DNA of 64,000 bases from Sulfolobales archaeon HS-7. Lineage in GTDB: Archaea; Thermoproteota; Thermoprotei_A; Sulfolobales; Sulfolobaceae. Shown here piece after piece: positions 42,778 through 53,491 of this stretch (position 1 is the first letter of the stretch; every line of letters begins with the position of its first letter). The notes under the pieces were generated by a model. That model was not told the DNA's origin and made no database searches. It saw only the letters and a program-made list of their open reading frames with translations. Where the stretch lies: the NCBI GenBank assembly GCA_019704295.1, contig AP024596.1, positions 352,001 to 416,000 of the forward strand. Reading direction: 5' to 3'. Position numbers and translations under genes: made by a program.

Positions 42778-42819
42778 CGTGCTCTTTTTTTATTCTAAAG
42801 TGTGAAATACTTATGAAAC

Positions 42820-43968
42820 ATGCTAATCCAATTAAACAGAGCCTATGAGATGTTAGCTGACGTCAGATTAAACTTGAATGTAAAGGAAGTTCCAACTTCT
42901 AATTCATCGGGAATGATCTGCTGTGAGGATTTAACATCTCCTCAAGACATACCTTGGATTAGCAAATCCGCTATGGACGGATATGCAGTAAACTCGCTTG
43001 GCTTAAAGAAATATAAGAAATTGAAAATAATAGGCAGAGCGTATCCTTGGTCCCCTCCCAGCTCTATAAGGGATTTCGAAACGGTTTACGTGAGCACGGG
43101 TTCTTCACTGCCGGAGGGAGCCGACGCTGTGTTAAGAAAGGAATACGCGAAAGTAGATGGTGAATACGTAATTTCGACCGAGGAGGTGGAATCTGGAAAG
43201 GACGTCATTCAAAAAGCCGACGATTTTCACGCAGGTGAATCCGTAGTAACAAAAGGGGAAATAATTAGACCTTACCATTTGGGGGCATTATACGCTATTG
43301 GAGCGGAGAGAGTTCGTGTGTGTGATATAAAAATGGGATTTGTAGCCATCGGGACGGAGTTAGTCCCATTTTATGAATCTGTAGGGGTTAGGGATTCCAT
43401 ATCCCCAATATTGATATCCTTAGTTTCTAGCTTTACCTCATCTAAATATTATGGTACTCTACCGGACTCAATGGAGGAAATACAGGATACAATGATTAAG
43501 GGTACTGAGGAAAACGACATTCTAATAACCATAGGTGGAACCTCCGTCGGAGAGAGGGACTTTACGAAAAGAGCCGCCGAAAAGGTAGGGAAAATATTGT
43601 TCGAAGGAGTCACAGTTAACATGATAAAACATACGTCGGTGGCGATAGTAAATGATAAACCCGTGGTAATGCTCCCTGGGCAGCCAGTTGCTGCCGTATT
43701 AGCCTTTCACGTGTTTGTTCTGGAAATTCTATCGAATGCCCTGAAGAGGAAACTGTATCGTGAGGAGACAGCTAGACTTGCCAACGACTTAGAAGTTCAA
43801 CATAAGATGGATTCCATATATCCAGCCCTTACCAAGGGAGAGGAAGTAACCCCTCTCCGATGGGGAACAGCTTTATACAGTCAACTGATAAAGGCAAATT
43901 CCTATGTAATCCTTTCCCGAGGTTCCCATAAAAGAGGAGAAGAGGTCGTTGTCAGATATTTCCTTTGA
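42820..43968 (+). CDS. moeA: molybdopterin molybdotransferase
   Basis: SAMDGYAV, TGSSLPEGADAV, GGTSVGERD, LPGQP. Confidence 0.92.
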   Translation: MLIQLNRAYEMLADVRLNLNVKEVPTSNSSGMICCEDLTSPQDIPWISKSAMDGYAVNSLGLKKYKKLKIIGRAYPWSPPSSIRDFETVYVSTGSSLPEGADAVLRKEYAKVDGEYVISTEEVESGKDVIQKADDFHAGESVVTKGEIIRPYHLGALYAIGAERVRVCDIKMGFVAIGTELVPFYESVGVRDSISPILISLVSSFTSSKYYGTLPDSMEEIQDTMIKGTEENDILITIGGTSVGERDFTKRAAEKVGKILFEGVTVNMIKHTSVAIVNDKPVVMLPGQPVAAVLAFHVFVLEILSNALKRKLYREETARLANDLEVQHKMDSIYPALTKGEEVTPLRWGTALYSQLIKANSYVILSRGSHKRGEEVVVRYFL

Positions 43969-44575
43969 CGTAATAGTTTTGGCGGGAGGGGAATCCAGGA
44001 GATTCGGCATTCAGAAGTGCCTCTATGAAATAAGCGGAGTTCCGATGTTAGTAAGGATTTGTAGAGAATTAAATGAAGCTATAGTGGTTGGTAATGTTGA
44101 GGTAAAAGGGTACAAATGCCTTGAGGACGACTACAGTTCAGCAAAGTGCCCAATGAACGGCATAAGGACAGGGATTAAAGAGGTAAGAAAGGATAAGGTG
44201 TTCGTAACAGGATGCGATTTCCCCTACATAAAAAGGAAAGTAGCGGAGAAATTATGTGCTAAAGAAGCTGAGGCGTCATTGGTGTATTACAACGGGATTT
44301 TACAGCCGTTAATAGGATGTTATAACAGAGATGTAATATTGCGTATAAACAATTCTGAGTGTTCGCCATTATCGATTATAAGGGAAGCCAGAACAGTCTA
44401 CTTGATGGGAATAAATGAACTTCGACTCTATGATGGGCAACTTATGAGTTTAATTAACGTCAATACGTGGGACGACCTTAAGCCTGGCAATACTGAAAAC
44501 TACTGGAGCATTAGTCGATATTATGATAATGGGGAGTTAGTTAATCTACTTCCCATAAGCTTTAGAAATTATTAA
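43949..44575 (+). CDS. mobA: molybdenum cofactor guanylyltransferase
   Basis: LAGGESRRFG, GCDFP, QPL, NVNT. Confidence 0.85.
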   Translation: MSDISFDVIVLAGGESRRFGIQKCLYEISGVPMLVRICRELNEAIVVGNVEVKGYKCLEDDYSSAKCPMNGIRTGIKEVRKDKVFVTGCDFPYIKRKVAEKLCAKEAEASLVYYNGILQPLIGCYNRDVILRINNSECSPLSIIREARTVYLMGINELRLYDGQLMSLINVNTWDDLKPGNTENYWSISRYYDNGELVNLLPISFRNY

Positions 44576-44994
44576 TGGTATCATTTCATGTAATTAAATA
44601 GTTGTAGAGTCGGTTTATTTCGCAGCTAACGGTTAATTTTTTGTTATATTATCACTGAGTGAAAAATTCTTGAAATACGTTCCAATTACACCTGCTTTGA
44701 TAGAGAGACAGCCGTTCACGCGCCTCTTGCGAATTGTACTAGGTAATTCACGTCTTCTTCGCTTATTTAGTTTATTTTAAAAGTCGTAACAAATTCGATA
44801 CCGGCAAAATGGGCAGCAGTTTACGCCAAGCAATTTTCTTTATTTAATCTATCAATCTCTTAAATTACAATTCGCAAAAGAACCCTGAATAACCCTCGAA
44901 TTGCACCACGGAAAGTATTTTTCAACCTTAATCGAGTAAAGTTAAAATCAGAAAAAGTCAATCTTTAATTTCGTTAGAGAGAATAATAATACCT

Positions 44995-45531
44995 ATGAAG
45001 AAGTGGGTAAGAACTTTACTATTCTCCGCCATATTTTCTGTCGCAGCCTTTGCGGTCGATGCAGGGTTTACCGTGGGGTTATCAAGTTACGCTATAAGTC
45101 CGATATTAGATCCCTTTCTCGAATTCACTATTCCTCTTATGATAATAGTTATCGGCTTTAATGTAATAAATTCCCGACCAGCCGCATTAGAAATTGCTCT
45201 AATCTCAGCCCTAGTCTATGCTGCCTCATCCCTCCTTTTCCTAGTTCCAGGTATTATAATATCCGGTGTAATAATAGAGGGTTTTTGTTTCCTTATAGGT
45301 TATAGGGGATTAAAAGCCTCATTAGCCCAAGGGGGAACGTTCGCAGTGATTAACGGTATTCTTAGCTTCGTATTTGGCGCGCTCTTCCTCGGCGCACACT
45401 CTATAATAAGGGTAACGCCGACACTAATCCTCATATTAACTCCAGCCTTTTTAGTAGAAGGAATAGTAATCGGCAGTATTTCTTGGAAAATATTTAACTA
45501 TATGATGAAATCGGGGATAATTAAATCATGA
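44995..45531 (+). CDS. membrane protein, probable ECF transporter S component
   Basis: 178 aa with 5-6 TM segments; first gene of a three-gene overlapping operon with an ATPase. Confidence 0.6.
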   Translation: MKKWVRTLLFSAIFSVAAFAVDAGFTVGLSSYAISPILDPFLEFTIPLMIIVIGFNVINSRPAALEIALISALVYAASSLLFLVPGIIISGVIIEGFCFLIGYRGLKASLAQGGTFAVINGILSFVFGALFLGAHSIIRVTPTLILILTPAFLVEGIVIGSISWKIFNYMMKSGIIKS

Positions 45532-46094
45532 GAGTGAATTTCGTCACAGGTATTTTTTTCGTTTCCGCCTTGACGGCAGCGGGAATATTGACAACTGCCG
45601 TGATCCCATTTCTGGCAACTATTCCACTTATAAGGAGAAAAATTATTATTATAGTTGAAATCGCCATAATATCAATAAGTCTGCTCATACTGTATTATAC
45701 CTCGAGATTCTATTTTTATCCGTATTCCTTTAGAGGACTTCTATACGTTAATCTCTATTTCATTGCATCAGAATACATTGATAAGGCCTCGATAGTTGAC
45801 GTGTTGGGGGAAGCGGGAGTACCTATCGCAGTTGCGTTATCGTATTATCCCTACTTGACGTCAATAGTCAGGGATGTTGTTTTTTACTCTAGAGCAAGAA
45901 AAAAGAATGTGTTCAGAGTTACACTACCAATTATAGTACAACTTGTTAAATCCGTTCAGGATATATGGATTACTTATAATCTTAAGCTATTTGGTAATTT
46001 TAGGAAGGATAAAATTAAAATCACTTCCTCTGAAATCGTTTTATTGCTATACGGGTTTGCTACATTATGCTTGTCATTTCTCCTAAAGGTTTAA
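45528..46094 (+). CDS. membrane protein, probable ECF transporter T component
   Basis: SRAR motif, LSYYP, LPIIVQLV; ATGA overlap. Confidence 0.6.
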   Translation: MRVNFVTGIFFVSALTAAGILTTAVIPFLATIPLIRRKIIIIVEIAIISISLLILYYTSRFYFYPYSFRGLLYVNLYFIASEYIDKASIVDVLGEAGVPIAVALSYYPYLTSIVRDVVFYSRARKKNVFRVTLPIIVQLVKSVQDIWITYNLKLFGNFRKDKIKITSSEIVLLLYGFATLCLSFLLKV

Positions 46095-47179
46095 CAGGAA
46101 AGATAGAACTAGGGGAAAATGAGAGAGTCGCCCTTGTAGGGAGGTCAGGATCTGGTAAAACCCTTTCAATAAAGACCGCTCTTTGCCTGAATTCTGGGCT
46201 TTCGATGATCGATGACAAGTCGTTTTGTGAGACGCAAGACTTCTCAATTGTAAACGCAGTTTTTCAGGAACCTAACACCCAGATACTGTCAACGAGCCTT
46301 GAGGAGGAGTTAAAGCTTATCTCTAGATATCATCCCGTTGATTTGGAATTAGCTAAGCAGTTAATGGGTAAATACTTTACTAGGGATTTCTTCAAGCTGT
46401 CCGATGGATATAAGAGAAGATACGTAATCTCATCCGTTCTTTCATTTGAGCCAAAATACGTCTTGTTAGACGAACCCTTTGCTAATGTAGATCGGGAGGG
46501 AACATCGCTTATCGCTGGAATTATTCCCAGAGGTTCCCTGATCGCAGAACACAGGATTCCAGTAATCAGGGAGATCGTAGATAGAGCGTATGTAATTGAA
46601 GATGGGAGGATAGAGGAAATAAAGAAGGACAAACTCTTCGATGAGGATTTTTTGAGGAAAAATGGCTTGAGAGGATTCAAAGTGGACAAAATTGACACCG
46701 ATAAAGGTAAGGAGTTACTTAACGTGAACGTTAGGGGGATAAACTTACGGGTTAGAGAGGGAGAAATTGTATGCCTGGTTGGCAGGAACGGCTCTGGAAA
46801 AACTACTTTGATAAAATCCCTGGCAGGAAAGATATATGCAATTTTTCAAAATCCCGATCTTCAATTCTTTTACGAGACAGTCGAGAGGGAGGTTGGAGAC
46901 GATGAAACGATGAGGAAACTTGGTCTTTACAAGCTAAGGGAAAGGAGTCCATACGCTTTAAGTTACGGGGAGAAGATGAGAGTTCTCATAGCCTCTGCAC
47001 TTGCATCTAAATATAAGGTCGTAGCACTCGATGAGCCTACGGCAGGACTAGATGGTGTTAACTTAATATCCTTTGTGGAGTTGTTAGGTAGTGTGTTAAA
47101 CAGTAAACGGGGAGTAATTATCGCGACCCATGATGAAGAAATTATAAACATATGTGATAAAATAATTAACTTATCTTAA
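46067..47179 (+). CDS. ABC ATPase with duplicated NBDs (ECF A-A' type)
   Basis: GRSGSGKT/LSDGY/LLDEP and GRNGSGKTT/FQNP/LSYGE/LDEP. Confidence 0.88.
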   Translation: MLVISPKGLTGKIELGENERVALVGRSGSGKTLSIKTALCLNSGLSMIDDKSFCETQDFSIVNAVFQEPNTQILSTSLEEELKLISRYHPVDLELAKQLMGKYFTRDFFKLSDGYKRRYVISSVLSFEPKYVLLDEPFANVDREGTSLIAGIIPRGSLIAEHRIPVIREIVDRAYVIEDGRIEEIKKDKLFDEDFLRKNGLRGFKVDKIDTDKGKELLNVNVRGINLRVREGEIVCLVGRNGSGKTTLIKSLAGKIYAIFQNPDLQFFYETVEREVGDDETMRKLGLYKLRERSPYALSYGEKMRVLIASALASKYKVVALDEPTAGLDGVNLISFVELLGSVLNSKRGVIIATHDEEIINICDKIINLS

Positions 47180-47353
47180 TTTATCCAGCCCACTTACCTA
47201 TTCATTGCGAAATTAGTTTATGTAGAAAAATAAAATGAATTTAGTTGATGCGATCGTATGGACTAGGTAGAGATTCGCATTTAACAATTCCCTTTATCTA
47301 ATACCTAATTTACCATAATTACAATTAGCAATGGAAACCTGAAATCACCGAAT

Positions 47354-47584
47354 TTATCCCCACACGTAACCACTGGACGACGAACTGGAAGTTGTCGTGG
47401 TTGATGAACTTGACGTTGTTGATGAAGTGGAAGTTGTCTGGGTAGAAGTAACGGTCTGAGGACTTACGTGGGATGCGGACATCTTCATTGCAGCCATACC
47501 CATGAATACACCGCCTATCACTATTATTAAAACACTTAAGGCGAGTAACCCGATTTTTAATTTTCCCATTTTCTTTGATGCCAT
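47354..47584 (-). CDS. small membrane-anchored Ser/Thr-rich protein
   Basis: Basic N-terminus, one TM helix, S/T stalk, C-terminal GYVWG; own AT-rich promoter at ~47605-47620. Confidence 0.75.
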   Translation of the reverse strand: MASKKMGKLKIGLLALSVLIIVIGGVFMGMAAMKMSASHVSPQTVTSTQTTSTSSTTSSSSTTTTSSSSSSGYVWG

Positions 47585-47628
47585 AAATTGCGCTATTATA
47601 CTGCTTTAATAATCTTTTTCCCAAATCC

Positions 47629-48366
47629 TCATACCTCACCCCGACTTATCTCATCGGGATCGGGTTTCCTACTGATCAGCCTCCCCCCATCTATAATTAT
47701 CTCCGTTCCTGTGATGAAGGTATTCATGTCTGAGGAGAGAAATACAAGCAAATTCGCGACTTCCTCAGGTCTTCCCATTCTGCCTAAAAGGGTGGCGGAA
47801 CGCAGATCCAGGTTTTCAGGTACATCATCCCCTTTTGTGTATATAGGTCCAGGTAATACCGTAATGACCTGAATGCCGTATTGACCTAAGTCGACGGCCA
47901 TGCTTCTTGCCATTGAGATCAGTCCACCTTTCGTTACGGCGTAAGGAAGGGAACTCCTCAGAGGGGAAAAAGCCTGTATTGCTGATACGTTAATTATCTT
48001 TCCTCTGTTCCCATTCCTAATCATTGCCTCAGCTGCCGCTTTCGACAAAAACATAGGAGCCGTTAGATTTAACTCTATCATAGAGTTCCATTCCTCCTCA
48101 GAAACTTCCAATACTGAATACCTGGAGTTACGCGACGCGTTATTGATAAGGGCATCTATATTCATCTCCCTTAATTGTAAATACACTCTTCTGATTTCCT
48201 CCCTTTTAGACAAGTCTGCTACAATGTAGTCTACGCTTATCTGAGGTACGGAACGGCCTATAACTGTTACGTTAGCTCCCTCTTCTAGGGCTCTTTTAGC
48301 GAAAGCAAGACCTATTCCGTGAGTTCCGCCGGTTATTACAATATGCTTATTTCTCAGGAGGTTCAT
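47629..48366 (-). CDS. SDR family oxidoreductase
   Basis: [19 protein letters not shown]. Confidence 0.92.
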   Translation of the reverse strand: MNLLRNKHIVITGGTHGIGLAFAKRALEEGANVTVIGRSVPQISVDYIVADLSKREEIRRVYLQLREMNIDALINNASRNSRYSVLEVSEEEWNSMIELNLTAPMFLSKAAAEAMIRNGNRGKIINVSAIQAFSPLRSSLPYAVTKGGLISMARSMAVDLGQYGIQVITVLPGPIYTKGDDVPENLDLRSATLLGRMGRPEEVANLLVFLSSDMNTFITGTEIIIDGGRLISRKPDPDEISRGEV

Positions 48367-49507
48367 CTTTGATATCCCCGAAGTACCTGTAATCCTTGCT
48401 GAAGTACTCCAGATGAAGCTTTCTATATGGATACTTATTTAGTGCGTCTTCATTAACGTCAAATCCGATACCCGGTTTCTTAGGTGGATATATGTAGCCG
48501 TTCCTCAGTTCAAAGTACTCCGTGAGCAGATCTTTTCTCACGCTGGGTGCATCTAACCAAAACTCCATTATTAACCCGTTAGGCATAGTAAGCATAGCAT
48601 TAAGCGTGTGAGCGGTAGCTATAGGACCGTTTGGATTATGTGGGGCAACAGATAGATATTTCGCAGAAGCCAGAGAAGCTATTTTGGAAAGAGTTCCCAA
48701 GCCTCCAACATGACAAACGTCAGGTTGAATTACATCTGCTGCTCCTGAGTTTATGAGTTCAACGAACCTATTTAACGTGACCAATCTCTCACCGGTAGCT
48801 ATAGTAATTATGGATTTTGACCTTACTACCTTCAACGAGTCTATGTCTTCCTCAGGTACAGGCTCCTCTAGCCAAAAAACGTTATATTTCCTCAACATTT
48901 CTGCAACTCGAATTGATGAAGCTATGTTAAATCTGCCATGAGCATCTACTAATATGTCGAAGTTGTCCCCTACCGCATCCCTAACTGCGGAGACCCTATC
49001 TTCAGCCCTTTTAAGTTCCTCGTCCGTAATCGTTGGCCCACTTCCTCCAAACGGATCGAATTTAGCGGCTTTAAATCCAAGTTCCTTAACTTTTTTAAAT
49101 GCCTTAACAAACTCGTCTACTTCCCTATCGCCTGATATGAAACCGTTAGCGTAGACCTTTATCCTATTACTGACCTCTCCACCTAGCATCTGGTATAAGG
49201 GGACTTGAAGTTCCTTAGCTTTTGCGTCCCATAGAGCCTGCTCCACTGCGCTTACGGCCGTCATAAGTATCGGTCCTCCTCTCCAGAAGAAGTTCTTCGT
49301 TAAGAAGTTATATGCCCAATTAGGGTTGACTTCTTTGCTGAGAAGGTGGGGCTTGAAGTCGAGAATGGCAGCCTCTACTGTGGATTCGAAATCACCCATA
49401 GTTCCCTCCCCGTACCCCTTAATACCGTTGTCCGTTGTGACTTCCACTACTACGAAGTTCCTCCAGACTGCATAGATCTTGTATACTTTTATGTCAGCGA
49501 TCTTCAT
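48347..49507 (-). CDS. enolase-superfamily sugar-acid dehydratase (DgoD/mandelate racemase subgroup)
   Basis: KFDP, DAHGR, WLEEP, TGER, APHNP; GGTGAGG Shine-Dalgarno before ATG 49507. Confidence 0.9.
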   Translation of the reverse strand: MKIADIKVYKIYAVWRNFVVVEVTTDNGIKGYGEGTMGDFESTVEAAILDFKPHLLSKEVNPNWAYNFLTKNFFWRGGPILMTAVSAVEQALWDAKAKELQVPLYQMLGGEVSNRIKVYANGFISGDREVDEFVKAFKKVKELGFKAAKFDPFGGSGPTITDEELKRAEDRVSAVRDAVGDNFDILVDAHGRFNIASSIRVAEMLRKYNVFWLEEPVPEEDIDSLKVVRSKSIITIATGERLVTLNRFVELINSGAADVIQPDVCHVGGLGTLSKIASLASAKYLSVAPHNPNGPIATAHTLNAMLTMPNGLIMEFWLDAPSVRKDLLTEYFELRNGYIYPPKKPGIGFDVNEDALNKYPYRKLHLEYFSKDYRYFGDIKDEPPEK

Positions 49508-49511
49508 GTCC

Positions 49512-50591
49512 TCACCTTGACGTACTAAAAGATTCATAAATTGGTTGTAAAACTACGGGAGGCAATTCGTCCTTAATACGAAAAGTCCCCCCAGTTCTCT
49601 CTGCCAAATGCTCTAAAAGAAAACTATCCTCTTCTAGGATTTCCCCTATTACGTTGAACCTACCATCAGCATTTACGTCTTTCTTGAAAATCCAGACTTG
49701 AATGTAATGAGGATTGTCATTGACTACACATACCGAACCAGAATACCTTCTCACGACGTTTCTGGGAGTTATGTTGTTTTCCCCCGCTGTAGTTAATCCT
49801 ACGGAGTTTTCCTTTATTCTAACGTCCCGAAATTCCCTTCCGAAAACCTTCTTCTCTTCCTCTGTTACGTTTGGATACACCCTTACTCGTAATCTTGTAT
49901 ACATTAAAGATGACGATACGTCCTCTAGTTCTGTTTTTGTGGGTTCTGGTTCTCCTATCCAGATCCTGTCTATTACTTTGGTGTTAATTAGGACATTCGC
50001 CGATGTTCCTATATCTAGTTCCCTTAAAGTTTCAATAGTGCTCCTTGCTCCTCCTTTTCTAACTATAAAAGCTGCTACCGAGATTCCCCTGCTGTGAAAT
50101 TCCTTCGATTTAGCTACGGCGTCCTCAAGCGATAGCCCTGTTTCCATCCAAGGGTAAAAATCATGAGATGCCATGACCAGTTCTGGATCCCTTACCTTCC
50201 TAAGAAACTCGTCAATGTGATCTACGGGAAATACACTAGCATTAAGTTCCGTTTTCAGACCTAGTTCGTTATTAGCTATTTCTACCATCTCGTCTAGGGA
50301 GAAACCCCAGTCTAGCCTCAAACCTCCCACTCCTATATCCTTAAAGACCCTTAGATTTCTTGGAGACGCGCCTAGCTGGTTGAAAACGTCAGGGCTAACG
50401 TCTACAACGTAATAAAAGCCGAGGTTATTCAACAGTTCTGCGATCTCTTTTGCCTTACCAACAGTTTCCCTTGCTATCCCTGACCAAACCTCAGTGTACC
50501 CTAGTTCTCTTGCCAATGGTAGGAGTTCCTTTTGTTTTTTTAGATAGTCGTCATTCCATAGGGTTAGTAACATACCTAACTTTTTCGTCAT
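49512..50591 (-). CDS. MupG/DUF871-like TIM-barrel glycoside hydrolase
   Basis: DVSP, LRLDWGF, ELNAS, SHDFYP..ETGLS, TIE; C-terminal FNVIGEI..ED..LL segment. Confidence 0.75.
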   Translation of the reverse strand: MTKKLGMLLTLWNDDYLKKQKELLPLARELGYTEVWSGIARETVGKAKEIAELLNNLGFYYVVDVSPDVFNQLGASPRNLRVFKDIGVGGLRLDWGFSLDEMVEIANNELGLKTELNASVFPVDHIDEFLRKVRDPELVMASHDFYPWMETGLSLEDAVAKSKEFHSRGISVAAFIVRKGGARSTIETLRELDIGTSANVLINTKVIDRIWIGEPEPTKTELEDVSSSLMYTRLRVRVYPNVTEEEKKVFGREFRDVRIKENSVGLTTAGENNITPRNVVRRYSGSVCVVNDNPHYIQVWIFKKDVNADGRFNVIGEILEEDSFLLEHLAERTGGTFRIKDELPPVVLQPIYESFSTSR

Positions 50592-50696
50592 TGAGATAAT
50601 AGTTAAGACCACGTTTAAAAGTGTAGTACGAATTCCAAAGGGAATACAATTGTGTATGCGTTAGATATTTAACTTTCATTTATAATATAATGCACT

Positions 50697-50987
50697 ATGG
50701 GAAAAGGTCTCATTCACTCTAAAGACGACGACGTCTGCGTTGTTGTTGCAGACGTAAAACAGGGGGAAGAGGTTGTATGTTCTTCTATAGAAGATCCGAG
50801 GTATACTGTGGTTATAAAGGCCATTAACGATATACCTCTTGGTCATAAAATAGCTCTAAGGAAAATCGGAGAGGGTAACGACGTTAAGAAATACGGAAGA
50901 AGTATAGGTGTAGCAACAAAGGAGATTTCATTAGGCGAACACGTGCATGTCCATAACATTAAGTCGAAGAGGTGGGGAAAACGATAG
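50697..50987 (+). CDS. suyA: SAF-domain small subunit of UxaA family (SuyA-like)
   Basis: DDVCVV, DIPLGHKIAL, KYG, GEHVHVHNIKSKRW. Confidence 0.75.
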   Translation: MGKGLIHSKDDDVCVVVADVKQGEEVVCSSIEDPRYTVVIKAINDIPLGHKIALRKIGEGNDVKKYGRSIGVATKEISLGEHVHVHNIKSKRWGKR

Positions 50988-52141
50988 AAATAAAGGGTTA
51001 TGTAAGGGAAGACGGTTCCGTCGGAATAAGGAATCACGTTGCTATAATCCCGCTGGATGATCTTTCAAACACTGCCGTAATGGGAGTTGCTAAACTAGTA
51101 AGGGGCACCGTACCCCTTCCTCATCATTACGGCAGACTTCAATTCGGTAAAGACCTAGATCTAATGTTCCACATTCTCGGGGGCAGTGGTGCAAATGCCA
51201 ACGTAGCAGGAGCAATAGTTATAGGAATTGAGGAGAACTGGGCAAATAAGGTAGCGGACTTAATCGCGAAAACGGGTAAACCCGTTGAGGTCTATCCCAT
51301 TGAGGGGTACGGCGACTTAAGGACAATTGAGAGAGCGTCAAGAAAGGCTAAGGAAATGGTTCAGGAGGCATCAGAAAAACAACGTACTACTGTGGATCTC
51401 TCCTCAATTGTAATGAGCATAAAGTGCGGGGAGTCAGATACAACCTCGGGTTTAGCTTCAAATCCTGCCACCGGAATAGCCGTAGATAAAGTGATAGATA
51501 ACGGAGGGACAGTCATGTTTGGAGAAACGTCGGAATTAACTGGAGCGGAGGACATAGTTGCCGAGAAGATAAGGGATGAGGAGTTGAGGAAAAAATTCAT
51601 GAAAATATATGACGAATACATCACTGAGGTAGAAAGCAAGGGGGCAGACCTCCTGGGTTCGCAGCCTACGCAGGGCAACATCAAGGGAGGACTAAGCACT
51701 ATAGAGGAAAAAGCTCTAGGTAACATTCAGAAACTTGGTCGTCGAGAGGTTAATTGCGTTCTTGATTACCTTGACGAATTACCTAGTAATAGACACGGTA
51801 CACTATGCTTTGTTAATACGTCTTCTGCAGCCGCTGAGGCGGTAACTCTATTCGCATCCAAGGGATCTGTAATTCACTTATTTACAACAGGCCAAGGTAA
51901 CATAGTAGGCCATCCATTAATACCAGTTGTCAAAATAACGGCGAATCCAAAAACGGCAAAACTAATGTCGGAGCACATTGACGTTGATCTCTCTGAGCTA
52001 CTGGAGATGAGGATATCCCTGGAAGAAGCAGGGGAGAGAGTGTTCCAGTATTCTTTAAAAACAATCAACGGTAGACTAACCGCTTCTGAAGTATTACAGC
52101 ACGATGAGTTCGTTCCAATAAAACTATACATTAGTGCATGA
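50972..52141 (+). CDS. suyB: UxaA-family large subunit, sulfolactate sulfo-lyase SuyB-like
   Basis: GIRNHVAIIPLDDLSN, YGRLQFG, KCGESDTT, SQPTQGN, SSAAAEAVTL, C-terminal KLYISA. Confidence 0.75.
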   Translation: MGKTIEIKGYVREDGSVGIRNHVAIIPLDDLSNTAVMGVAKLVRGTVPLPHHYGRLQFGKDLDLMFHILGGSGANANVAGAIVIGIEENWANKVADLIAKTGKPVEVYPIEGYGDLRTIERASRKAKEMVQEASEKQRTTVDLSSIVMSIKCGESDTTSGLASNPATGIAVDKVIDNGGTVMFGETSELTGAEDIVAEKIRDEELRKKFMKIYDEYITEVESKGADLLGSQPTQGNIKGGLSTIEEKALGNIQKLGRREVNCVLDYLDELPSNRHGTLCFVNTSSAAAEAVTLFASKGSVIHLFTTGQGNIVGHPLIPVVKITANPKTAKLMSEHIDVDLSELLEMRISLEEAGERVFQYSLKTINGRLTASEVLQHDEFVPIKLYISA

Positions 52142-53491
52142 TCACTTTAACATTAGGTTCTCATACTGCTTTACGTATTGTAAGCTTCTTTTTACGTCTG
52201 CGAAGTATTTATACGCTTCCTGAACATCTGAGGCAGTTACTGTATCCCTTCCATTCCTTTCAGCTATTATGTTACTAGGTTCAAGTATCTCAACGCTATA
52301 TCTAAGACTTTCCTCTGTTCCCACTTTGGTTAGCTCAGCTACTGCATCATCCTGAAGCTTTATACCTAGTTCCGATGCCCTTATTTTCACTATTTCCCTT
52401 ATTTCATCAGCTGTGTAAGGCCGTGTAGGTATTATCAGCATTCGATCGAGGACGTCGAGAGGAATTCCATGTGGAGATTCAATATCCGTTCCCCTTATTT
52501 TTGCCATACCTCTATTTGTAGCTAATATAATTATAGGGGAGAGTTCGGCCTCTAAGGCCTTCGTTAAGAACGAAAAGGTCTCTATGTCAAGCATATGTGC
52601 GTCGTCTATGAAAAGTATTCCTGGTATCAATTCCCCGTTACCCTTATTTACCGCTTCCTTAACTAGTCTATCGACCTCTTTCCTAACATCTTGATTTATC
52701 TCTCTCTCGGTAAAAAGAGAGAATATTGAGGTAAAGGAGATACTCTGAGCGGCAACGTTAAGATCAAGGTCGTGCAATGTAAAGGTGTTAACGATCTCCT
52801 TTTCCTTCTTTACAGGTCCGACGGGCATTTCTACAACCCTAGGTCCTCCCACCTCATATTTGGACTCAGCACTCCTCCCTATTCTAAATACGTTTCCGGT
52901 GTCTGCATCTATCCATATAACGTCGCCCTTCCTTATCCCTAATCTGACTATCTGTTCTGCAACGCCCTCTCCAGCGGTTAATCGAGATTGATCATCCTTC
53001 GTTTTTAGCACTATTTCCGCCTCACGCGGCATTTGAGCATAGGGATTCATTCTACTTCTTGCCACCTTTACCTTAACTTCATCTACAACCCCTTCGTAAA
53101 CCATCCTCTTTTGCTTAAGCCTAACACCAATTGATTTTCTAATAGCCTGTGTTAATATCTCCGTCTTCTTAAGCTCCACAGAGTAGAGTTCGGTGGCATT
53201 TATCGTGTTGAATGGTGTGTCCTCTCCAAGTTCCTTGGCAATGGCTACGGCAATCGCTGTTTTACCTGTCCCAGGTGGACCAACAAACAGAACACCCTTG
53301 CCAGCCATTTTACCCTTTCGCACTAATTCAACTACAAGTCCAGCTGCTTCCCTTGCCTCCACCTGTCCTACAAGACCGTCTGCCTTGAACTCGGCCTTTC
53401 CATTTAGTTTTAAACCCAATCCCGTTATGTGACTGTGTATGCTTGCCTTTTCCACCTCGGATGGCCTTTTAACTTCCTTGATCTCGGCCAT
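52142..53491 (-). CDS. TIP49/RuvB-like AAA+ helicase
   Basis: [32 protein letters not shown]; ATG 53491 preferred. Confidence 0.93.
   Translation of the reverse strand: MAEIKEVKRPSEVEKASIHSHITGLGLKLNGKAEFKADGLVGQVEAREAAGLVVELVRKGKMAGKGVLFVGPPGTGKTAIAVAIAKELGEDTPFNTINATELYSVELKKTEILTQAIRKSIGVRLKQKRMVYEGVVDEVKVKVARSRMNPYAQMPREAEIVLKTKDDQSRLTAGEGVAEQIVRLGIRKGDVIWIDADTGNVFRIGRSAESKYEVGGPRVVEMPVGPVKKEKEIVNTFTLHDLDLNVAAQSISFTSIFSLFTEREINQDVRKEVDRLVKEAVNKGNGELIPGILFIDDAHMLDIETFSFLTKALEAELSPIIILATNRGMAKIRGTDIESPHGIPLDVLDRMLIIPTRPYTADEIREIVKIRASELGIKLQDDAVAELTKVGTEESLRYSVEILEPSNIIAERNGRDTVTASDVQEAYKYFADVKRSLQYVKQYENLMLK

Noticed and set aside
47325-47639. 104-aa alternate-frame ORF over the S/T-rich gene
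   Set aside because: The 76-aa frame has a coherent signal-anchor/stalk architecture and a well-placed promoter
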